Positions 7,835-17,298 of a stretch of 64,000 nt of DNA are shown here, piece by piece. The DNA lies in IMG/VR virus record IMGVR_UViG_2509276065_000002, positions 32,001 to 96,000 of that record; one strand, 5' to 3'. The notes under the pieces are model-generated. The model had not been told where the DNA came from and did not search any database. It was given only the letters and a program-made list of their open reading frames with translations. Each line of letters opens with the position of its first letter. The stretch's first letter is position 1. The position numbers and the translations under genes were made by a program. The DNA is from a virus (taxonomy: Duplodnaviria; Caudoviricetes).

Positions 7835-9250
7835 TCACTTGGGCCAGGTGAAGTGAAACGTGCTGCCGCTCCCCAACGTCGATTCCACCCACAAGCGACC
7901 GCCTGCCCGCTCCACGATTTTCTTGCAGATGGCCAGTCCCAGACCACTGCCCTCGAAGCGCAGGGTGGTGTGCAACCGCTCCATCATCCCAAAGACCCGC
8001 TCGGCGTACTGCTGATCAAAGCCAATGCCGTTATCCTCGACCACGAACTGCCAGGCCTCAGTGTCATGGGTGACCCGCACCTCGATCACCGGCGCGACGT
8101 CGTGACGCCGGAACTTCAGCGCGTTCCCGATCAGATGCCGCCACAACTGCAAAAATTCAACACTGTCCGCATGCACCATGGGTAACGGCGCGATGGTCAC
8201 CGTGGCGTTGGTGGCCGCGATCAACGGGGCATACTCACCGATGACCTGCGTCACGATCAAGTTGGCGTCCGCATCCCCCCGATGCGGTTCGGCCGCCCCG
8301 AGGCGCGCGAACTCCAGCAGGTCATGGACCAGCTCGCGTTCACGTTTCAGGGCGTCCTGAATCACCTCGAGGTACTGCCGTCCCTGATCATCGAGCGCTT
8401 CGGCGTAACGGTGGTGGAACAGCGAAGCATACATCCCGATGGTCCTGAGCGGTTCCTGCAGGTCATGCGCGGCTGCCCGCGCGAAGCCTTCGAGGTCGCG
8501 GTTGTTGCTGAGACGTTCCTCGCGTGACCTCGCCAGGGACGCCGCGATGTGGTTCAAGCTGCGGGCCAGGGCGACACCTTCGACCATCCGCGGTTCAGGC
8601 ACGGTCTCCCCCAGGTGACCCAAGGCCAGGCGAGCGGCCGCGTCGGTCAGGTCACTGAACATGCTTTCGAGGTCCAGCCTGGCGATCTCTTCCACGGTAT
8701 GCTGCACGGCCAGGCTGAGGGACGCCACGGGTTCGGCCACCTGCTCCATCTCGTTGTCCTGGAGGGCCGTGTGAACCTTATCCCCAATGCGCTCGAGCTC
8801 CGCGACCTGCTGGGCTGAGCTGGTGTTGTCCTGTGCCTCGGCGATCAATTGTTCGAGGTTGGCGAGCTGTTCGTGGGCGGTATCGCTGATGCCTTGCAGG
8901 ACTTGCGCGCTGATGTGCTCAACGGGCGTGGTGGTCACTTTGCGCAGCGCTGCCCCCACTACGCCCTCCAGGTGCGCCACAGCGGCCAGTTGTCTGCGCG
9001 CGGTGTCCATCAAAGTCTGCACTTCTGCCGTTGATCTCGTGGGATCCTGCCGCCGTAATGACTCGGCCACCTGCCGCAGGGCGACGGTGATGTCCGCCTG
9101 ACCTCGTCCGATGGTGATGATGCGCTCCAGTGCCGAACTCTGTTCCGCTCCGGCGGCGCCGATGTGACGCCGCGCCTCACTTGCCCCTTCCCGATCGAAG
9201 TTCGCGCTGTCATTGTGCGAGAGCGAAGAGGGTAGAGTGTCGTCGGTCAT
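7835..9250 (-). CDS. Soluble sensor histidine kinase (helical N-terminus, HAMP, HisKA, HATPase)
   Basis: AAHDLQEPLR H-box, LIGNALKF, EDNGIGF, GSGLGLA; HAMP-like LTDAAARLALGHL...LARSLNHIAASL; leaderless TATACT 6 nt before ATG 9250. Confidence 0.92.
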   Translation of the reverse strand: MTDDTLPSSLSHNDSANFDREGASEARRHIGAAGAEQSSALERIITIGRGQADITVALRQVAESLRRQDPTRSTAEVQTLMDTARRQLAAVAHLEGVVGAALRKVTTTPVEHISAQVLQGISDTAHEQLANLEQLIAEAQDNTSSAQQVAELERIGDKVHTALQDNEMEQVAEPVASLSLAVQHTVEEIARLDLESMFSDLTDAAARLALGHLGETVPEPRMVEGVALARSLNHIAASLARSREERLSNNRDLEGFARAAAHDLQEPLRTIGMYASLFHHRYAEALDDQGRQYLEVIQDALKRERELVHDLLEFARLGAAEPHRGDADANLIVTQVIGEYAPLIAATNATVTIAPLPMVHADSVEFLQLWRHLIGNALKFRRHDVAPVIEVRVTHDTEAWQFVVEDNGIGFDQQYAERVFGMMERLHTTLRFEGSGLGLAICKKIVERAGGRLWVESTLGSGSTFHFTWPK

Positions 9251-9330
9251 CTGGGAAGTATAAAACCGAGCAGAGTTAAAACCGTGCGGGACGGCCATCC
9301 ATCGTCGTGGAGCCGCTGAGCGAACGGGAT

Positions 9331-9360
9331 CAGCACTTCCGGGTTTGTCCATAAACCAGG
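9331..9360. repeat. 30-bp intergenic motif, copy 1
   Basis: CAGCACTTCCGGGTTTGTCCATAAACCAGG; 26/30 identical to 11038-11067. Confidence 0.7.
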
Positions 9361-9445
9361 GACAACGGTGCACTTCACCCATACTTAAGCTTCACCTCGC
9401 AGGGAGCGCCGGTATTGCCGTTCGTTCATTGACCTACTGTGAGGA

Positions 9446-9712
9446 ATGAAATCAAAATTTCGAGCGACTGAATTCAATTGGATGGCGGCGTTGAGTGCAC
9501 CTGAGAAAATTCGCTTGAATGAACTGGTCAGAATGGGTTGTCGGGTGCGAGCGTCCCACCATGATGGAGATGTCATCCGCGTTTCGGTTCGGTTCCGAGA
9601 GAACCTGGTGGCCGAAAGTTCTGGGTCTCAGCTCGATCAGGTGTTCGGCGAAGCGTGCGCTCACACGCAACAAGCCATGTTCGGTATGGCTGCCACCTCA
9701 CTCCGAGGCTGA
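9446..9712 (+). CDS. Small hypothetical protein, W-x3-L[ST]...L-x4-C-x-V family copy 1
   Basis: WMAALSAPEKIRLNELVRMGCRV; paralogous to 13935-14207 and 19688-19936; TACTGT 5 nt before ATG. Confidence 0.7.
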   Translation: MKSKFRATEFNWMAALSAPEKIRLNELVRMGCRVRASHHDGDVIRVSVRFRENLVAESSGSQLDQVFGEACAHTQQAMFGMAATSLRG

Positions 9713-9980
9713 ATCAGGCACATCAAACCAGCAGCCAGAGCCAGGTTGGGAGGAGTGCGCGACTCCGCCTGATGGAGCGCGTCAACCAATGCCTGCCGCA
9801 GCAAGGTCTAGACCAAAAGATCCTGTCGGCAACATCGGCGCGCTGTATTCCAGTTCGGTGCGCAAGACAAACCGGCTACTCTCACCGGTTCCGATGTTTC
9901 CTGTCAGCCGCCCGCGATTGACGCTGACGTCATTTAGGGCTCAGGCAGGCACGTCCAGAATGAGGCGTGCACGCTGCATT

Positions 9981-10472
9981 TCATCGTTCAGCTGGTGTGC
10001 GAAGCAGGTCAAAGACCAGCTGAGGTTCGACGGGTTTCACCAGGAACGCGTCCGCGTCGAGTTGCCTGACTCGCGGCATGTCCTGGTCAGCAGTGCTGGC
10101 CGTCATCACGAAGACCGGCAGGCTCTTGAGGTGCGGATCCTCGCGGAGGTGCTGCAGGAAGGTGAAGCCGTCCATGCGCGGCATATGCAGATCGAGGAGC
10201 ACCGCCGCTGGTCGTGGCTGGCTGGCATCCCGCAGGAAGGTCAGTCCGGCGTGGCCATCGTGCACGATATGCAACGTGCAGGGTTGGGCTATGTCCTGGA
10301 AAGCGAGCTCGGTGAGGAGGAGATCGTATTCGTTGTCGTCAATGACCAGCAGTTCGAGAATAGAGGCGCCTCTTTCCTGGGGTGATGGTGGTGTGGGAAA
10401 GCTGGCGTTCCGGGGTGTCCATGCTGGACGAACCTCGGGGAGCTGGTACGGAAGCTCTCCGAGGACCATCAT
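9981..10472 (-). CDS. Single-domain response regulator
   Basis: LVIDDN, LLDLHMP, MTAS, FLVKP; start uncertain (possible 5' frameshift from ATG ~10423). Confidence 0.88.
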   Translation of the reverse strand: MMVLGELPYQLPEVRPAWTPRNASFPTPPSPQERGASILELLVIDDNEYDLLLTELAFQDIAQPCTLHIVHDGHAGLTFLRDASQPRPAAVLLDLHMPRMDGFTFLQHLREDPHLKSLPVFVMTASTADQDMPRVRQLDADAFLVKPVEPQLVFDLLRTPAER

Positions 10473-10510
10473 TCGTAGGTGCCCTGCTGCTTCCGGTGCT
10501 GGCCAGGTGG

Positions 10511-10825
10511 TTACTGGCTGCTGAAGACTTCTCCGCCCCAGACTTGCGCGGGATCATCCCACTCTGCTTCGTGTCCCATCACGCCATCTTTGCGGGTGAA
10601 GCTGGTGAGCACGAAAAAGGCGGTGGGCATGCCTTCGAGCTTGTAATGCCCGCGCTGCGATGAGGCCTGACCCTCCAGGGTGGGCTTGCCCTGGACGAAG
10701 GTCACGACCACGGGGTCACCGGGGTGCAGATTCAGCACGCCCGTTTGCTCTACGTGGCCTTCGAAGCGGCGGTGCTCGTCGTGGGGTTCGCCGGACCAGC
10801 GGCCTTTGAGAATAAAGGTTGTCAT
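10511..10825 (-). CDS. Hypothetical protein
   Basis: AGGAGG RBS, 104 aa. Confidence 0.7.
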   Translation of the reverse strand: MTTFILKGRWSGEPHDEHRRFEGHVEQTGVLNLHPGDPVVVTFVQGKPTLEGQASSQRGHYKLEGMPTAFFVLTSFTRKDGVMGHEAEWDDPAQVWGGEVFSSQ

Positions 10826-11037
10826 GCGTGCCTCCTGATTTGGTGCGTCAGCGGGTGGGGCATTGGTGCACCGGCACCGCTGGTATGAAGAGGCGTCAAA
10901 AGAACTTTACTGGCTTCTTTTGTTACGTTCATCTTAAGGGTTATGAGCTTTGTCTAATGTTCGTCACTTGCCTTGTGAAGGTGTCACCAAGATTACGATC
11001 TGCTGGTAGCTGCTCCTGCTCGAAAGCCCAGCAGAAA

Positions 11038-11067
11038 CAGCACTTTGCGGATTGTCCATAAACCAGG
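11038..11067. repeat. 30-bp intergenic motif, copy 2
   Basis: CAGCACTTTGCGGATTGTCCATAAACCAGG. Confidence 0.7.
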
Positions 11068-11255
11068 AATCTTGCGTATAGGCTCACAAGGCAACTGCGA
11101 TACGCATGCACCCCGCTGGATTGCGCTACCATAAAAAAACCAACACACATTGGTATACGTTCTTTTGACGCGCACTGGCGCTTCAAATACCGTTCACCGG
11201 ACCGGCCACTTCCTCAGGCGAGGTGGCCAGCGTCCATCCAAGGACGGAGGCAGGC

Positions 11256-11696
11256 ATGCACATCCACAACATCCCCGATTCCCTGTTCAAGCCGCATACC
11301 ATGACCGCCGCGTTCAACCGAAAGCAGGATGTCATCGCCTTGCGCGATACCCTCAGCGGCCTCGGCTTGAACGGCCGCCACATGCACGTCCTTCACGGCG
11401 CTTCGGGCCTGCTCACACTGAATGGCAGACGTGATGTCCGCAAGCAGACGCTGCTGGCTCGTCTGCTGAACTTCCTGCTGAGCCGAGTACAGCCGTCCGC
11501 TGACCTGCAAGGAATTGAGACTCTGCAGCAGGGAGGCTGGGTCGTACTGATCGACCTTCCGCAGGACCCCAGCGACCGGAGGCTGATTCAGGCAGCGTTC
11601 CACAGAGCGGGTGCGGTGGGCGTCACTGATCCTGATCGTCCGCTTCCCGAGGCACCACAGCCAAACATTCTTGGTGGGAGCGTTTCACCGGCCTGA
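11256..11696 (+). CDS. Hypothetical protein
   Basis: GGAGG RBS before ATG 11256. Confidence 0.65.
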   Translation: MHIHNIPDSLFKPHTMTAAFNRKQDVIALRDTLSGLGLNGRHMHVLHGASGLLTLNGRRDVRKQTLLARLLNFLLSRVQPSADLQGIETLQQGGWVVLIDLPQDPSDRRLIQAAFHRAGAVGVTDPDRPLPEAPQPNILGGSVSPA

Positions 11697-11792
11697 CCAT
11701 CAGGGAGAAATGACTGCAGTGGTATCTCAACAGCAAGGGATACGCTGCTGTCAATGGGCTCCCAATGATCTCAAGACGCGGAGACAACGCAA

Positions 11793-11831
11793 AAAACGCC
11801 CCGCTCACCGGTACAACGCCAGGAGCGGGGC
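11793..11831 (-). terminator. Duplicated terminator, copy 1
   Basis: GCCCCGCT...AGCGGGGC plus U-tract on the minus strand; 35/39 identical to 15958-15996. Confidence 0.65.
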
Positions 11832-11961
11832 GACTCAGGTCTGGGTTGTGGAATGGTCATGTCGGGCGGCACGAGCGTCTTGACGAACACCACCCCACCA
11901 CGGGTGTAGGCGGCGTCGACCACGACGTTCTTCCCATTAGAGGCGGTCCAGTAAAGGCCAT

Positions 11962-12285
11962 TCAAACCTTCTGCCAACCTTGACCCCATCCATTCAGCTG
12001 GACGACCGCAGCGTCCATGGTTACCCACGACAAGCACGATGCGGGCTCCATAACAATGCCGTCATCAACGAAGTCTCCTGCCCACTCGGGAACCCAGCAC
12101 AGCACCAATCGACCTGTGCTGCCTTCGGGATCGGGCGGTAAGGTCAGAAGCCACGTATCCCAGGGCGGCACATTATTGACGTCCAGGTACCCGTTGCTTG
12201 CCACCCACGCAGCACCATCAAACAGTGACGCCGCCGGGTCGCTCTTCTGCTGGGCCAGGTGACCCCCAGAACCGGAAATAGACAA
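11962..12285 (-). CDS. Hypothetical protein, probably an N-terminally truncated fragment
   Basis: Conserved-looking SLFDGAA...SNGYLDVNNVPPWDTW...LCWVPEW core; weak start. Confidence 0.45.
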   Translation of the reverse strand: MSISGSGGHLAQQKSDPAASLFDGAAWVASNGYLDVNNVPPWDTWLLTLPPDPEGSTGRLVLCWVPEWAGDFVDDGIVMEPASCLSWVTMDAAVVQLNGWGQGWQKV

Positions 12286-12492
12286 CGCCGTTCAGGACAA
12301 CCAAAACCTAAAGGTGTCCTGTACCGAAGGCGCGATCTTTCCCGGCGTTCTTCGCTGATCCGTATGACATAAAGGGCAATGCAACAACTCCGGAAGACTG
12401 CCTGAAGGGCGAGCCGACCGTACGAAAAAAGTGACAGGCAGACTGAGGCATCAGGAGAAATCCCACATTCCTGGTTACAAAGGACCCTGCCC

Positions 12493-13167
12493 ATGCCGAA
12501 AACCATCCTCGTGATCGAGGACGACCCCGATATCCGCAACGTCGTCACCTATACCCTGCAGGACGCCGGGTACCATACCCTCACGGCAGACAACGGCATG
12601 AGCGGCCTGATCACCGCACGTGAACAGCACCCCGATCTGGTCCTGCTCGACCTGGGCCTGCCGGACTTCGATGGCAGCGAAGTCGCCCGCCGGCTGCGCA
12701 GCAACCATGACAACGTCCCCGTCATCGTGCTGTCCGCCATGGACAGCATCGACCGCAAACTCAACTTGCTCGACGATGGCGCCAACGATTACCTCACCAA
12801 ACCCTTCCTTCCAGAGGAACTGCTGGCCCGCATCAAAGTACAGTTGCGTCACCGGCAGGCTCCACCCTTGCAGCGCATCGGCCCACTGGCCATCTCGGTG
12901 GATCAGCGTCAGGCCAGCTGGAACGGCGTGGAAATTTTGCTTTCACCTAAAGAGTTCGAGCTGCTGGTGGCGCTGGCTCGCCAGCCAGGACGGGTGTACT
13001 CACGTGAGGAACTCGAACGGGATGTCTGGAGCAACTCACTGCAAACGGGGAGCAACACGGTGGATGTGCACTGCGCGAACTTGCGGGGGAAGTTCCGCGC
13101 GGTAGGCGCGAATCGTGTGGTGCGCACGGTGCGTGGCCTCGGGTACGCCCTGTACATCGACAGTTGA
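12493..13167 (+). CDS. OmpR/PhoB-family DNA-binding response regulator
   Basis: IEDD, LLDLGLP, KPF, LSPKEFELL, SNTVDVH, TVRGLGY. Confidence 0.95.
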   Translation: MPKTILVIEDDPDIRNVVTYTLQDAGYHTLTADNGMSGLITAREQHPDLVLLDLGLPDFDGSEVARRLRSNHDNVPVIVLSAMDSIDRKLNLLDDGANDYLTKPFLPEELLARIKVQLRHRQAPPLQRIGPLAISVDQRQASWNGVEILLSPKEFELLVALARQPGRVYSREELERDVWSNSLQTGSNTVDVHCANLRGKFRAVGANRVVRTVRGLGYALYIDS

Positions 13168-13623
13168 GCTGAAGCCTGGCGAACACCAGGAGTAGACAAA
13201 AAGATCCTGGCGGGCATTTTATGGTCAGCGCACTGCCTTTTGGATTGACCTTGGATCTGGTCCCGCCGAGGACCAGTAAAGCAGCTGGCCAGCTGCCACT
13301 GGACCTCAGGACGTGATCACCTCAGCGTCACGCCGTGCGCGCTCCACCGGAGTTGCCCGGATCGTGCCTTCAGGGCCTCGATCCGCTGTCGCTGGTCGTC
13401 ATCAAGTCACACTTTTCAGGGGAACGACCTGCTCGGGGCCAAGGGTAGACTGATGCACTCACGCCCAATGCGCACCTCAACTCTGGCATTGCGTCTTGCA
13501 CGCTGTAGAAAGCTGTGACAGCACTGATGAAGATAAGTTCACCCATTCAAGGTTACGACCCCAAAATTACGGACGACGGGTTCATCCGGATCACATGACG
13601 CGCACCCACGTATCCGAAACGCT

Positions 13624-13833
13624 GTGGTGGTGGAAGAGGTCTTCGCCACCCACCGTGCTGCCCGGCGTGCTGTCGCCGAAGCGCAGGTGCTCGTGATGCA
13701 AGCAGAGCGTGATGACCTGATGCCGCAGGTGCAAGAACTCCGCTTGCTGTTCATTACAGCGCCATGGCGGGCTGACTACCTTCGCGCCGTGCGCAGGATC
13801 GCGCTGGAATTCACCGCCCGTTTGAAGAACTGA
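13624..13833 (+). CDS. Hypothetical protein or fragment
   Basis: 69-aa ORF with plausible codon usage. Confidence 0.35.
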   Translation: MVVEEVFATHRAARRAVAEAQVLVMQAERDDLMPQVQELRLLFITAPWRADYLRAVRRIALEFTARLKN

Positions 13834-13934
13834 CCAGTCCATCACCCCATCACACCAAGCGCACCATGATGCCGGTAAAGCAACCCTTACGAAAGGCGTT
13901 GATCCACTTCAACCTCAAGCGGTTCACTGAGGAA

Positions 13935-14207
13935 ATGACGCCAACAGAACCGCCACTCGAACCGTGGGCTGAAGCGCTCAGTGAAGCCCAACGGGAGCAG
14001 TTGCAGTGGTTGCGCTTGCAGAAGTGCATCGTCACCACCACGGAAGCCGCCGAGGAACCCCTCGCAGGCTTGCCCGCTGGACTGCTGATCGAAGTGCACG
14101 TGGATCATCACATCGTCATCAAGGAACGCGGATCGAACGTTCCTGAGCTTTTCCGGCAGGTGTACGAAGCTGCGAAGCTCTTCTTGTCCTTTCCCGACCC
14201 GCAATAA
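13935..14207 (+). CDS. Small hypothetical protein, family copy 2
   Basis: WAEALSEAQREQLQWLRLQKCIV; start could be 13866. Confidence 0.7.
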   Translation: MTPTEPPLEPWAEALSEAQREQLQWLRLQKCIVTTTEAAEEPLAGLPAGLLIEVHVDHHIVIKERGSNVPELFRQVYEAAKLFLSFPDPQ

Positions 14208-14574
14208 TCTTCCGTATCCCATCGAATAGGGGCTCACCAGTGACGCGATCGTACTTATAACCGCTGTCGGGGGTCAGGGATCCCTGAACGACACTGGCCA
14301 ATATTTCAAGCACCCAGGGGCGGCCGCTGCACTCAATGCAGACGAGGCCCCACGCACTACCCGGCCAGGTCTTCGAACGAAGTGCGTGAGTCACGCGGCT
14401 GTCCACTCCTCGGTATCATGCACGGTCACGACGTACCAGAATGACGCTTCGTCCCGCTTCAGGCTGACGGTCACGCGCTCGCCTGGCTGAAGGGGCGTGT
14501 CGGTTCTGCTCATACCGAAATTCTACCCTTCGGTTTACCATGAGTCATGATTCAAGTGGGCGTGGTGACCTGAC

Positions 14575-15240
14575 GTGTGCGGACGCGTGAACGGGAACTT
14601 CCACCCCACAAACTTCCGGAGCATGTTCGGTCTGCTGCTCCCTCCGCAGTGGCCAGGCGCGTACGCAGTCGCACCCACCATGCCTTACCCGATTGTCAGG
14701 CTGCCTCCTGGTGAGCGTGTGCAGGTGACTCTGGCCCGCTGGGGCCTGGTACCGGCGATGTACCACGGGGTACTGCGCCAGTTCAAACCCAGCACCTTCA
14801 ACGCCCGCAGCGAGGACGTGAAGCAACGTCCGTCCTTCGCCCTGGCATACCGGGAAGCACGCCGTTGCCTGGTGATGGTTCAGAGCTTCTACGAGTGGAG
14901 CGGCAAGCAGGGCCAGCGCCAGCCGTATGAGATTGGGCGCGCTGATGGCCGCCCGCTGGTTCTCGGAGGGCTGTGGGAAACCTGGCTGAGCGAGTTCGGC
15001 CTGATGGAGACCTTCACCCTGCTGACCTGTTCGGCCAATGACCTGATCGCACCACTGCACGACCGGCAACCTGTGATTCTCGAGCGTTCGGACTGGCGGG
15101 CCTGGCTCGATCCCCGCACACCGGAGGAGAAGATCACAGCCCTGCTGCGGCCTTGTTCCGCCGACGTTCTGTCCATCTCCCCTGTCAACAGTCAGGACAC
15201 CCGACCGATGCACAAACGCTCGATAGAGCAGGTGGCCTGA
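14575..15240 (+). CDS. SRAP family abasic-site protecting protein (YedK/HMCES-like)
   Basis: N-terminal (M)CGR, RWGLVP, TFNARSE, RRCLV, FYEW, HDRQPVIL. Confidence 0.92.
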   Translation: MCGRVNGNFHPTNFRSMFGLLLPPQWPGAYAVAPTMPYPIVRLPPGERVQVTLARWGLVPAMYHGVLRQFKPSTFNARSEDVKQRPSFALAYREARRCLVMVQSFYEWSGKQGQRQPYEIGRADGRPLVLGGLWETWLSEFGLMETFTLLTCSANDLIAPLHDRQPVILERSDWRAWLDPRTPEEKITALLRPCSADVLSISPVNSQDTRPMHKRSIEQVA

Positions 15241-15479
15241 TGGGCGGCAAGCACGGCATGAACGGCAAAAGCCTGTTCGAGCTGATGGGCGGTCCAGAGC
15301 GCGAGCGGGAGAATGCAGAGCTGCTGAGGATTTGGGGAGATGCCCTCGCCAAAGGTGGCGATACGCCACGCCTAGTGTTCCGCATGATCGGCCAGGAACT
15401 GAGGGCGCGGAACCTCATCCGGCCGGTGGATATTGACCCCAGCTGGAATTACTCCCCGCACCGGTGGTCCAGAACTTAA
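15240..15479 (+). CDS. Hypothetical protein
   Basis: TGATG coupling to SRAP. Confidence 0.55.
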   Translation: MGGKHGMNGKSLFELMGGPERERENAELLRIWGDALAKGGDTPRLVFRMIGQELRARNLIRPVDIDPSWNYSPHRWSRT

Positions 15480-15493
15480 GCTGAGGAGGACCT

Positions 15494-16135
15494 ATGAAGC
15501 GCCTTCTTACCCTCGCCTGCAGCTTGTGCCTCTCCGCCACCGCTCAGCCTGTTGCGCCACCACCCACAGCACATACGCCTTCTACGCTGGTGTACGGCCT
15601 GGCAGTCAAGCGCAACTGGACCGAGCAGAGCACGCCGTTCTGCACTTCACGCGCTGCTTCCAACATCAGCGTGTCCTACCCGAAAGCACCAAAGGCTGCG
15701 TACCGGCACGTTCGCACGTTCGGCTTCACGTCACGCAACAGTCCGACGACCGAACGAACTATGCTTGATTACACTCCAGCTGGTTTTCAGGTTCCTTACC
15801 CGTGGCAGGTGGGGCAGTGGATGAGCCGGCAGTATGCCGCCGAAGCAACGCCCGGGTACGCTTACCTGCTTGAAGTTCAGGAACGAGCAGATGTGGGTTC
15901 TGGAGGAGCCAACATCTGCATGACCGTGTTCAGCCAACGCAAGTGGACAGCAAAACGAAAACGCCCCGCTCACCGGCACAAAGCCACAAGCGGGGCTGAA
16001 TGTTGTTACTGGCGCTTTGGGATGAAGGAGAGGGCGAGGAAGATTACCCCGCTGAGCGCGACGATGGCCAGAATGACTTCAAGCACATCGACAGCGTACG
16101 CCCAGCGCTACTCATACTTCCTTTACCTTATCTAA
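15494..16135 (+). CDS. Secreted hypothetical protein (3' end probably aberrant)
   Basis: AGGAGG RBS, signal peptide MKRLLTLACSLCLSATA; ORF reads through a minus-strand terminator and small opposite-strand genes. Confidence 0.55.
   Translation: MKRLLTLACSLCLSATAQPVAPPPTAHTPSTLVYGLAVKRNWTEQSTPFCTSRAASNISVSYPKAPKAAYRHVRTFGFTSRNSPTTERTMLDYTPAGFQVPYPWQVGQWMSRQYAAEATPGYAYLLEVQERADVGSGGANICMTVFSQRKWTAKRKRPAHRHKATSGAECCYWRFGMKERARKITPLSATMARMTSSTSTAYAQRYSYFLYLI
15958..15996 (-). terminator. Duplicated terminator, copy 2
   Basis: See 11793-11831; lies just downstream of the 16006-16086 peptide. Confidence 0.65.
16006..16086 (-). CDS. 26-aa single-TM peptide
   Basis: VLEVILAIVALSGVIFLALSFIPKRQ*; TACGCT 6 nt before GTG; terminator follows. 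Confidence 0.55.
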   Translation of the reverse strand: MLEVILAIVALSGVIFLALSFIPKRQ

Positions 16136-16249
16136 AGGCTGTTGTACAAGCTTCTCTTTCCGCCTTGGGACGACACCCCAGGCGAGCCTGAGCGAGATAA
16201 CGACGAGGGAGGCGGCGAGAATGATTGCGGCATCGATAGCTTCGAGCAC
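16112..16249 (-). CDS. 45-aa single-TM peptide
   Basis: VLEAIDAAIILAASLVVISLRLAWGVVPRRKEKLVQQPLDKVKEV*; TATCGT 6 nt before GTG. Confidence 0.5.
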   Translation of the reverse strand: MLEAIDAAIILAASLVVISLRLAWGVVPRRKEKLVQQPLDKVKEV

Positions 16250-16338
16250 GGTCAAACGATACAAGATGAATCACAAATAAACGTCAAATATCACTGTACC
16301 CACCTGATCTTCGTCCCAGGCGGGTACCGAACTGCAGG

Positions 16339-17298
16339 TCAGAAGGTGACGGTGCCCGCCGCGACCATCGCCACATTACTTTGGGCAGGCGTCAGCCCGG
16401 TGGCATTGTTCAGGTCGACGTTGTACGAACGGACGTAGGTGTTGTATGTCCCACTGGGCATCTGCTGGCTTGTGAATTCGCGGCTGGCAGGCAAGCTCGA
16501 CACCGGAAGCAGGCTCAATGTTGTGGTGGTACTGGTTCCGGTATGAAAGACCAGGGCTTGCACGTAGGTGACGCCCGTGCCGGCAGTCCCAGTGAGGGTG
16601 TAGCCGCTCGCCGTCAAGTTTACTACCGGATTTTGCATTGCAGGAAGAAGCATATCGGCGTCGATCGAGAATTTGCTGGTGAACGTCTTACCATTCACCA
16701 CCGTGCTCGCCGTGTATTCGCCATCGACTGGCGTGACCGCGGAGTAGTAGGCGCCCCCAAAGCGTACTTCCGTCACGTTCGTCTTCAGAGGGAGGGTTTG
16801 CGTCCCGGTGAAGGCCTGACCACCATTGAACGCTGCGGGTCCTTGGATGGTGACCGGGGCAGCAGCGTCAGGGCCCGTCTGATCGGCTTCACGGAAGCGG
16901 ATCAGGAAGTGGGTACCGACGAGCTTGCTGATGGTGTTGTTGTACGTTCCACCGGTCACCTCCAGGCCGTAGGTGGTGACGTTGGCTGACACGCTTTTTC
17001 CGTCGACGGTAGCAGTGATTTGCACTGGGCTAGCACTGAGCTTCTTGGCGGTGAGGGCGCCGTCGGCTGCCACGGCCACAATGGTGGGGTCGCTGGACGT
17101 CCAGGTGATGGTTTTTCCGTTGAGCGTGTTACCGTTGGCGTCTTTGGCGGCGGCGGTGGCTTTGGTGGGGGCGTTGATCTCGAGTTGTGAGGCGCTGTTG
17201 ATGCTGACGCTGCTGGTCGTGGGGGCGGTGGGGGCGCCGCCTCCACACGCGGCCAGGGCTGGGACGAGCAGCAGGGTCAGTGCAAATTGCTTTTTCAT
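16339..17298 (-). CDS. Lipoprotein with bacterial Ig-like (Big_2) domain
   Basis: Lipobox LAAC-GGG; ITWTSSDPTIVAVAADGALTA...ITATVDGKS. Confidence 0.85.
   Translation of the reverse strand: MKKQFALTLLLVPALAACGGGAPTAPTTSSVSINSASQLEINAPTKATAAAKDANGNTLNGKTITWTSSDPTIVAVAADGALTAKKLSASPVQITATVDGKSVSANVTTYGLEVTGGTYNNTISKLVGTHFLIRFREADQTGPDAAAPVTIQGPAAFNGGQAFTGTQTLPLKTNVTEVRFGGAYYSAVTPVDGEYTASTVVNGKTFTSKFSIDADMLLPAMQNPVVNLTASGYTLTGTAGTGVTYVQALVFHTGTSTTTTLSLLPVSSLPASREFTSQQMPSGTYNTYVRSYNVDLNNATGLTPAQSNVAMVAAGTVTF

Noticed and set aside
13300-13440. Possible minus-strand gene remnant (LDDDQRQRIEALKARSGQLRW...)
   Set aside because: Too short, with no clear start or family assignment.
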